Source of the DNA: Solirubrobacteraceae bacterium
GTDB lineage: Bacteria > Actinomycetota > Thermoleophilia > Solirubrobacterales > Solirubrobacteraceae
Direction of reading: 5' to 3'
Assembly (NCBI GenBank): GCA_035633075.1
Contig: DASQFQ010000060.1
Coordinates: 1-39,014 of the forward strand
Length of the DNA: 39,014 nucleotides
The position numbers and the translations under genes are program-made. Below the pieces are notes generated by a model, which saw only the letters and a list, made by a program, of their open reading frames with translations, was not told the origin of the DNA and made no database searches. How positions within the stretch are numbered: the stretch's first letter is position 1; every line of letters starts with the position of its first letter. Below are positions 1 through 6,653 of this stretch, in pieces.

Positions 1-85
1 GCCACCGGGCGCGCTCGACGACCTCGAGCGCGACCCGCCCAAGGCGGCCGCGCGGCCAGGGCCGCGTCTGCGCGAGCCGCAACGG

Positions 86-727
86 CTACTCGTCGTCGCC
101 CTCCTCCGCGTAGAGCGACTCGCGCGCGAGCTCCTCCCCGCGCACGTTGAACAGCTTGATCTCCAGCAGGTCCGAGCGGTAGGCATCGGGGGCGATGAGG
201 GTGAAGCGCTCGTCGGCGAGCGCGCACTGGTCGACCGCCAGGCCGGCGAGCTCGGCGGTGGCGATCGCGCCGCCGCGGATCGTCGGTACGCCCCACACCA
301 GCGTCATGTCGGCGCTGCGGCCCTGCTCGCCTCGCCAGCGCCCGATGACCTCGTCGCACAGGTCCATCCGCCACTCCGGGTGGCGGTCGGCCGTCTCGTC
401 GGTGAAGTCCGCGCTGGCCTGGAAGCCCGAGGGCTCCTGCGCCTCGCCGTCGGCCTCGGCGTCGCCCGGCAGAAACGAGACGAACCCGAACAGCTCCAGG
501 CCGGTGGTCGTGCGCGCGGTCCCCGGCACATAAGTGCGCCCGTTCCACGTGCGGTCGGGGAACCAGGCCATCTCCCCGGCGTCGCCCAGGTCCTCCCCGT
601 CGGTCTCGATGCGCAGGCACGCTGCGAGGAACTCGGCGCGCAGCGAGTCCGCCCAGCGACCCGTGGGCAGCGAGCCCTGGGGAGGCTCCGCGGCGAAGCG
701 GCAGACGAAGCGCTCCTCGGGCGGCAT
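86..727 (-). CDS. hypothetical protein (213 aa), acidic, no family recognised
   Basis: Track ORF with an ATG start. Hand-read codons are almost all G/C-ending, and composition is unlike the Arg/Ala/Pro-rich spurious frames. Two halves are joined by an acidic linker (GDAEADGEAQE). I can name no diagnostic motif. Confidence 0.65.
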   Translation of the reverse strand: MPPEERFVCRFAAEPPQGSLPTGRWADSLRAEFLAACLRIETDGEDLGDAGEMAWFPDRTWNGRTYVPGTARTTTGLELFGFVSFLPGDAEADGEAQEPSGFQASADFTDETADRHPEWRMDLCDEVIGRWRGEQGRSADMTLVWGVPTIRGGAIATAELAGLAVDQCALADERFTLIAPDAYRSDLLEIKLFNVRGEELARESLYAEEGDDE

Positions 728-743
728 CGGCCGGGGAGCCTAC

Positions 744-1160
<417 letters not shown>

Positions 1161-1165
1161 GAGAA

Positions 1166-4100
1166 CTAGCAGCTTGGCAGCGCCACCGCCTTGGCGTCGG
1201 GCAGCCAGTCCTCCAGCGGCGCGGGAGCGCCGAGGTGGAAGCCCTGGGCGTATTCGACGCCCATGCGTCGCAGCAGCGCCGCGGTCTCGGCGTCGCCCAC
1301 GTGCTCGGCGATGGTGTGCTTGCCCAGGCCGCGCGCGATGTCGACCACCGCCTGGATCACGAGCTGGTCGGTCTTGTCGACGGCGCTGTGGCGCACGAAC
1401 TCCCCGTCGATCTTGAGGTAGTCGAAGGGCAGGTGCTTGAGGTAGTAGAAGGAGCCGAAGCCGGCGCCGAAGTCGTCGAGCGCGAAGCGGCAGCCCAGCT
1501 CGGCAAGCCGGCCGGCGAAATGCTGGGCGCGCGGGATGTTGCTCACGGCGATCGTTTCCGTGATCTCGAAGATGATCTGGGCGGGGTCGACGTCGGCGGC
1601 GCGCAGCTCGCGCTCGATCAGCGCGAGCAGCTCGGGGTCGCCGGTGGACCCGCCGGAGATGTTGACCTCGACGGTGAGCTCGCGGCCGCGCCGCCGCTCC
1701 GCGCCGACCATCCGGATCGCGTTGGCGGCCACCCAGCGGTCGATGGCCGGCATCAGGTCGAAGCGCTCGGCCACCGGCAGGAACGCGGAGGGACCGATCA
1801 GCTCGCCGTCGGCGGCACGCATGCGCAGGAGCAGCTCGTGCTGGGTCGCCTGCCCCGTCGCAAGGTCCACGATCGGCTGGGCGTGCAGGACGAAGCGGTC
1901 CTCGGCGAGCGCGTCGCGAATGAGGTCCGCCCACGACATCCGCGCCTGCAGCTTGACCTCCGGATGCCCCGCCGTCGCGTAGGCGGCCACCTGGTCCCGC
2001 CCGGCCTCTTTGGCGTCGTACATGGCGAGATCCGCATTGACGAGCAGCTCCTCGCCCGTGAGCCGCCGCTCGTCGGAGAACAGCGCAACGCCCAGGCTCG
2101 CCGTGACCGTGCGCGTGCGGCCGGTGGCGGTGGGGACGGTCTGGGTGCGCACCGCCTCGAGCACGGCTCCCGCGACCATCTCGGCCTCCTCGGGGCTCGC
2201 CTCGGGCAGCAGGATCGCGAACTCGTCGCCGCCGAGGCGAGCGAGCACGTCGGACTCACGCAGGCGGGTGCGCAGCGCGTACGCCACGCGCACGATCAGC
2301 TGGTCGCCGGCGCTGTGGCCAAGCGTGTCGTTGATCGTCTTGAAGTGATCGAGGTCGAGCACGATGGCCGCGCCCGTGGCTCCGTAGCGCTCCACGCGGG
2401 TCACGTGGCGCTCGAGCTCGCGCTCGAAGGAGCGCCGGTTCAGCAGCCCCGTGAGCGGGTCGTGATCGGCCATGTGCCGCAGCTCGGCCTCGTGACGGCG
2501 GCGCTCGGTGATGTCCTGCATCTGCGAGAGGAAGTGCAGGGGGGCGCCGGAAGCGTCGCGCACGAGCGTCGAGTTGATCAGGACCCACACGGAGCTGCCC
2601 GCCGCGTGCAGGTAGCGGCGCTCGCCGCGGTAGGAGCTCAGCTCGCCCTCGAGCATCGCGCCGCGCGCCTCCCAGTCGGCCTTGAGGTCGTCCGGGTGGG
2701 TGATGGAGGAGACGGGCAGCCCCTCCAGCTGCTGGCGCGGATAGCCCGTGATCGCGCACAACGCGCGGTTGACGCGCAGGAAGCGCATGTCGGGGCTGGT
2801 CAGCGCCATGCCGATCGGCGCCTCCTCGAACGCGCTGCGGAAGTGCTCCTCGGCCTCGGTCAGCGCAGCCTGTGCACGCATCCGATCCTCGACGTCGCGC
2901 ACGGTCGTGTGGGCCTCGACCACTGCGCCGGTCGCCGCGTCGCAGACGAGCCGGACCCGGGCCTCGACCCACACGTGGGCGCCGGCGCGCCGGCGCAGCC
3001 GGTGGGTGATGCTGACCGGTCCCGCCCCGGCGGGGGCCTCGCCGATGAGGGTGCGCACGGCAGCCTCGTCCTCGGCGTGGACGAGCTCGAGAAAGCCGCG
3101 GCCGACCAGCTCCTCGGGCTCGTAGCCGAGCAGGTCCCGGCAGGCGGGAGAGACGTAGTGGATGATCCCCGCCGGGCCGAGCACGCAGATGAGGTCGGTG
3201 GAGGTCTCCGCGAGCACGCGCGAGCGCGCCTCCGCGGCGCTGCGCGCGGACTCCGCGTGGTCGCGCTCGGCCCGGCGCACGTCGACAAGCGCCCTGGCGT
3301 GGCGCTCGCGCCGCGCCGACTGCGTGCCCAGGACTCCGATCAGGATCGTGAGCAGGCCGCCGACGAGCATCGTGGTCAGCGCCAGGCCCAGGCTGGGCGC
3401 GCGGCGCTGGACCGTGACGGTCCAGGCGCCATCGCCCCCGCCGTCACGGCGCACGGTCGCGCCGTGGATCCGGACGGGCCCCGGCTCGCCCGCGACCAGG
3501 GTGAAGTGCACCGTGGACGGGAGCCGTCGCGCCACCTCACGCCGCACTCGGTCGATCGGGAAAGTGACCAGGAACGCCCCGCGGGAGCCGCCCACGCGCG
3601 GCCGGCGCAGGGGCACCACGGCCACGATCACCGGCGAGGTGGCCTCGGCGGGCCGCAGGGCCTGCGTCGCGCTCGTGTGACCGCTGCGGACTGCCACCTG
3701 CAGCGCGGCGTGCACCTCACTTTCCTTGAGCGCCTGGAAGTTTGCCCGGGCGTCGGCGCGGTAGGCGGCATAGACGATGCCGACGCCCCCCGGCCGTGCC
3801 GGCGCCTCGGTGGCGGTCGGGCGGGTGGGCGGCTGCGTGCGCAGGCGGGCCAGGGCCACCGAGGCGACGGCGGGCTGGCGCAGCAGCCGCTGCGCGAGCG
3901 AGTCGAACTCGCCCCGGCGCAGCGCCTGCGGGCGCCGGACGGTGGCCGCGACGTCGCGGAGCCTGTCCAGGGGAACGGCGGAGGTCGCCCGCAGCGCGTG
4001 TACCGCGAGCTCGACCGCCGCGGCATGGCGGCGCTCGCGCTCCTGGCCGCTCTGGCGCACGGCGACGCAGGTGGCGAGCACGGTGGCGGCCGCCGCGGCG

Positions 4101-4396
4101 GCGACGACGAGCGCGTGGGTCGGCAGCCTCAGCCTCAGCGTACGCGACAGCGCGCCGAGAGTCTCGGCCCCTCCGCTGAGCGCGGTGAGGGCCAGGCCGG
4201 CGAACACGAGCCAGAGGGCGATCGCGGGGGTGATCGTGGGCCAGGCCTCGTGGACATCGCGCACCACCGGCAGCCGGCGCCCCTCGCCGCAGAGCACGGC
4301 CGTGCCGAAGCTCGCCGTCAGCAACCCTCCAAGGCTCAGCGCCGTTCGCTCGAGTCCCGCCCAGCCGGGGGGGCCCAGACGGGTCCGTTCGTCCAC
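1166..4396 (-). CDS. membrane sensor diguanylate cyclase/phosphodiesterase (CHASE-like loop, 2 PAS-like segments, GGDEF, EAL)
   Basis: GGDEF motif RLGGDEFAILL with an upstream RESD I-site. EAL-domain motifs: QPIVDL..ELLLR, EITE, DDFGAGFGSFYYLK, KIDG. Hydrophobic segments flank a ~200 aa N-terminal loop. The track ORF extends to 4495, but that overlaps galT by 49 nt. GTG at 4394-4396 is the first start after the galT stop, so the start is uncertain. Confidence 0.88.
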   Translation of the reverse strand: MDERTRLGPPGWAGLERTALSLGGLLTASFGTAVLCGEGRRLPVVRDVHEAWPTITPAIALWLVFAGLALTALSGGAETLGALSRTLRLRLPTHALVVAAAAAATVLATCVAVRQSGQERERRHAAAVELAVHALRATSAVPLDRLRDVAATVRRPQALRRGEFDSLAQRLLRQPAVASVALARLRTQPPTRPTATEAPARPGGVGIVYAAYRADARANFQALKESEVHAALQVAVRSGHTSATQALRPAEATSPVIVAVVPLRRPRVGGSRGAFLVTFPIDRVRREVARRLPSTVHFTLVAGEPGPVRIHGATVRRDGGGDGAWTVTVQRRAPSLGLALTTMLVGGLLTILIGVLGTQSARRERHARALVDVRRAERDHAESARSAAEARSRVLAETSTDLICVLGPAGIIHYVSPACRDLLGYEPEELVGRGFLELVHAEDEAAVRTLIGEAPAGAGPVSITHRLRRRAGAHVWVEARVRLVCDAATGAVVEAHTTVRDVEDRMRAQAALTEAEEHFRSAFEEAPIGMALTSPDMRFLRVNRALCAITGYPRQQLEGLPVSSITHPDDLKADWEARGAMLEGELSSYRGERRYLHAAGSSVWVLINSTLVRDASGAPLHFLSQMQDITERRRHEAELRHMADHDPLTGLLNRRSFERELERHVTRVERYGATGAAIVLDLDHFKTINDTLGHSAGDQLIVRVAYALRTRLRESDVLARLGGDEFAILLPEASPEEAEMVAGAVLEAVRTQTVPTATGRTRTVTASLGVALFSDERRLTGEELLVNADLAMYDAKEAGRDQVAAYATAGHPEVKLQARMSWADLIRDALAEDRFVLHAQPIVDLATGQATQHELLLRMRAADGELIGPSAFLPVAERFDLMPAIDRWVAANAIRMVGAERRRGRELTVEVNISGGSTGDPELLALIERELRAADVDPAQIIFEITETIAVSNIPRAQHFAGRLAELGCRFALDDFGAGFGSFYYLKHLPFDYLKIDGEFVRHSAVDKTDQLVIQAVVDIARGLGKHTIAEHVGDAETAALLRRMGVEYAQGFHLGAPAPLEDWLPDAKAVALPSC

Positions 4397-4446
4397 ACGT
4401 CGAGCATCGGCCGCGCGCGGCCGGGCCTGACTCGTACTCTTGTCCG

Positions 4447-5427
4447 CTAGACCTCGCGCAGTTCCCGAGCCGCCTGCTCGGGGGCGATTATGCACAGGTT
4501 CACGCCGACCCCGAGCTCAAGGCCGGCGAGGTGCGTGAGGCGGGGGAGGATGTCGATCCTCCAGCAGAAGGGATCCGCGCCGCGCGGGGCGGTGCGCACC
4601 CATAGGTTCAGCGGCGGCGAGGCGCCGAGCCGGCGGCGCAGCCGCTGAAGCGCGTCGTGCAGGAGCCCGGCGCCCGACGGGCCCTCGACCTCGAAGCGCC
4701 CTCGGGTCCGCCGCGGGGCGAGCATGAGCTGGAAGGGCACGCGCGATGCATAAGGGGCCATCAGCACCGCCTCGTCGTCGATGGCCACGATGCGCTCGCG
4801 GCGGCGGACCTCCTCGCCGAGGAGGTCGCCCAGCAGGTTCCCGCCCATCGTGCGGGTGGCGTAGGCCCCGAAGCGCTCGCGTTCGCGCGCGACCGCGGCG
4901 GGGACCCAGTCGAGCGCGTAGAGCTGCGCGTGGGTGTGCGGGAGCGACGCTCCGGCCTCGCGGCGCTCGTTGACCAGCAGGTGCACGCAGGCGGCGTCCT
5001 CGTGCGCGCGCATGCGCTCCCGCCACCCCTCCACCGCCGTGGCCGCCTGCTCGGCGGAGAGATCCGCGAGCGACGCGACCGGCCCGGGCGCGTTGACGAT
5101 GACCTCCTGGGCGCCCGCGGGCGCCTGGGCCGTGAACAGGTCCGGGTGGGAGTCGGACATGGGCGCGGCGGGCGCGGCGGTCACGGCGGGGTAGAGGTTG
5201 GGCACGGCGCGGACGAGCCAGCCCGGGGTGTCGGGCGCCCCGCCGCCGGGGCGCAGCGCCCACAGCTCGGGCGGGGTGCGGTCCTCGTGGCCCTCGAGGA
5301 AGGGGTCGTGCTCGGTGTCCACGCGCGGCGCCGGCTCGACGGAGAAGCCGCCGCCGGGGCGGGTCGCGCGGCCGACGGCGATGATCGACTTCAGGCCGGT
5401 CAGGGGGTCGACTCGCAGCTCGTTCAC
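4447..5427 (-). CDS. galT: galactose-1-phosphate uridylyltransferase (HIT superfamily)
   Basis: LRVDPLTG...RATRP...DPF..G.E....NLYPA N-terminal pattern and the HTHAQL (HxHxQ) active-site motif. The start is set at GTG 5425-5427, which overlaps the GNAT stop (GTGA). The rest of the track ORF to 5637 is a run-on inside the GNAT gene. Confidence 0.82.
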   Translation of the reverse strand: MNELRVDPLTGLKSIIAVGRATRPGGGFSVEPAPRVDTEHDPFLEGHEDRTPPELWALRPGGGAPDTPGWLVRAVPNLYPAVTAAPAAPMSDSHPDLFTAQAPAGAQEVIVNAPGPVASLADLSAEQAATAVEGWRERMRAHEDAACVHLLVNERREAGASLPHTHAQLYALDWVPAAVARERERFGAYATRTMGGNLLGDLLGEEVRRRERIVAIDDEAVLMAPYASRVPFQLMLAPRRTRGRFEVEGPSGAGLLHDALQRLRRRLGASPPLNLWVRTAPRGADPFCWRIDILPRLTHLAGLELGVGVNLCIIAPEQAARELREV

Positions 5428-5876
5428 GTCAAGCGCTTCTCCATGCCGACGTGCTCGATGCCCTCCTCGTCGAAGGGGTCGCCGTAGGGTGCGTAGCCCG
5501 CACGCAGGTAGAGGCCCAGCGCCCGCGTCTGCGCGTGCATCCCGATCCGGCGCGCGCCTCCCGCACGCGACTCGCGCTCGGCCGCAGCGAGCAGCGCGCC
5601 GCCGACGCCGCGTCCGCGGACGGCCGCGGAGACGCACAGGCGGCCGAAGCGCGCGGTGCCCTCCGGCTCGATCAGCACCCGGCAGGTCCCGAGCACGGTC
5701 CCGTCGTCGTCTACGGCCACGAGCTGCACGGCGTCGTCGTCGAGCCCGTCGAGGTCGGCCGCCAGCGGGACGCCCTGCTCGCGGCAGAAGACCTGCTGGC
5801 GGACGGCCAGTGCGGCGGCGAGGTCGCCCTCGTCACGGGCGCGGCGCACCTCTGCTCGCAGCGCTCGCACACTCAC
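5424..5876 (-). CDS. GNAT family N-acetyltransferase
   Basis: 150 aa with the acetyl-CoA binding motif A (VSAAVRGRGVGGALLAAAE) and an ElaA/YjcF-like layout. GTG start at 5876. An in-frame GTG at 5870 lies inside the conserved 39-nt cassette and is an alternative start. Confidence 0.85.
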   Translation of the reverse strand: MSVRALRAEVRRARDEGDLAAALAVRQQVFCREQGVPLAADLDGLDDDAVQLVAVDDDGTVLGTCRVLIEPEGTARFGRLCVSAAVRGRGVGGALLAAAERESRAGGARRIGMHAQTRALGLYLRAGYAPYGDPFDEEGIEHVGMEKRLT

Positions 5877-5890
5877 GTCACAGAGACCGC
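5852..5890 (-). repeat. 39-nt start-region cassette, copy A (tlpA-like / GNAT junction)
   Basis: Minus strand: GCGGTCTCTGTGACGTGAGTGTGCGAGCGCTGCGAGCAG. 35/39 identical to 12528-12566 (hand alignment). Confidence 0.85.
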
Positions 5891-5903
5891 TGCGCGGCGA
5901 CGC

Positions 5904-6479
5904 TCACAGGTAGCGGCGAATGTCGCCGGCGAGGTCGGACTCGTGCCGATAGCCGCCCTGGTGGAGGTATGCGAGCCGGCCGCGCCGGTCGAAGAAGGCG
6001 GTCACCGGGAAGCCGGCGGGGCCCAGGAGGTCGGCGATCTTGCCGTCAGGGTCGACGTAGGACGGGAAGGGCACCGGCATCTGGCGCAGGAAGCGAGCCG
6101 CCGGCCCGCTCGAGTCGCGCGAGTCGACGCCGAGGAAGGCGACCTGCTTGCCGTGCTCGGTGGCCTGCGACTGGAAGATCGGGAACTCCGTGCGGCAGGG
6201 GTTGCACCACGAGGCCCACTTGTTGACCACGACGGGATGGCCGTTCAGCCGCGCCAGCCGCTTCTGGAATGCGGGCCTCCCGCCGGAGAGCAGCCGTGCG
6301 GACTGGTCGTGCAGCGCGGCCAGGGGCGCCGGCGCCCCTGCGAGCGCGCGGCGAGCCTGCGCGAGGTCGAAGGACCGGCGCGGCGCCGGCGGCGATCCGT
6401 CTCCACCCGCTTGGGTCAGCCCGACCACCAGGAGCGCGGCCAGCAGGATGGCCGCGAGCGCTGTGACAAGGCGTCTCAC
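5904..6479 (-). CDS. TlpA/ResA/CcmG-like thiol-disulfide oxidoreductase, membrane-anchored
   Basis: N-terminal hydrophobic anchor (LVTALAAILLAALLVVGL), a thioredoxin fold and the WCNPC active site (NKWASWCNPCRTEFP). GTG start at 6479. Confidence 0.8.
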   Translation of the reverse strand: MRRLVTALAAILLAALLVVGLTQAGGDGSPPAPRRSFDLAQARRALAGAPAPLAALHDQSARLLSGGRPAFQKRLARLNGHPVVVNKWASWCNPCRTEFPIFQSQATEHGKQVAFLGVDSRDSSGPAARFLRQMPVPFPSYVDPDGKIADLLGPAGFPVTAFFDRRGRLAYLHQGGYRHESDLAGDIRRYL

Positions 6480-6653
6480 GGGCCATACGGTGGCAGATCG
6501 ACTCCCGCGGCTGTCTTCTCTGCTTGAATACAGGCTGCTCCCGGGCAGCGATTCGACGAGGCCGCCAACGAAGCCGCCTTTGCCTTCCGGCCCGAGAGCT
6601 CGGAGCCGTGCGCAGCGAGTACGGCTTCCTCTACGACTGATTGTCGAGCCTTC

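Noticed and set aside
1-85. Partial ORFs at the left edge (minus-strand TTG at 80-82 right after the upstream stop; a plus-strand open frame)
   Set aside because: The region is too short, both strands show high GC3, and no motif is present. I cannot decide from the sequence.
1235-4450. Very long antisense ORFs (1071 aa here; also 24819..27266, 36943..38544, 6669..7871, 19064..20503, 11053..13329 and others)
   Set aside because: For the three I checked (1235, 24819 and 36943), the ORF is codon-aligned with the real gene on the other strand. Its stop codons would require TTA/CTA/TCA sense codons, which are nearly absent at this GC3. The products are Arg/Gly/Ala/Pro/Asp/His-rich with no motifs. 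These are classic shadow ORFs.
5866-5883. CRP/FNR-like TGTGA half-sites inside the 39-nt cassette
   Set aside because: The two TGTG(A/C) elements are direct repeats, not the inverted TGTGA-N6-TCACA arrangement.
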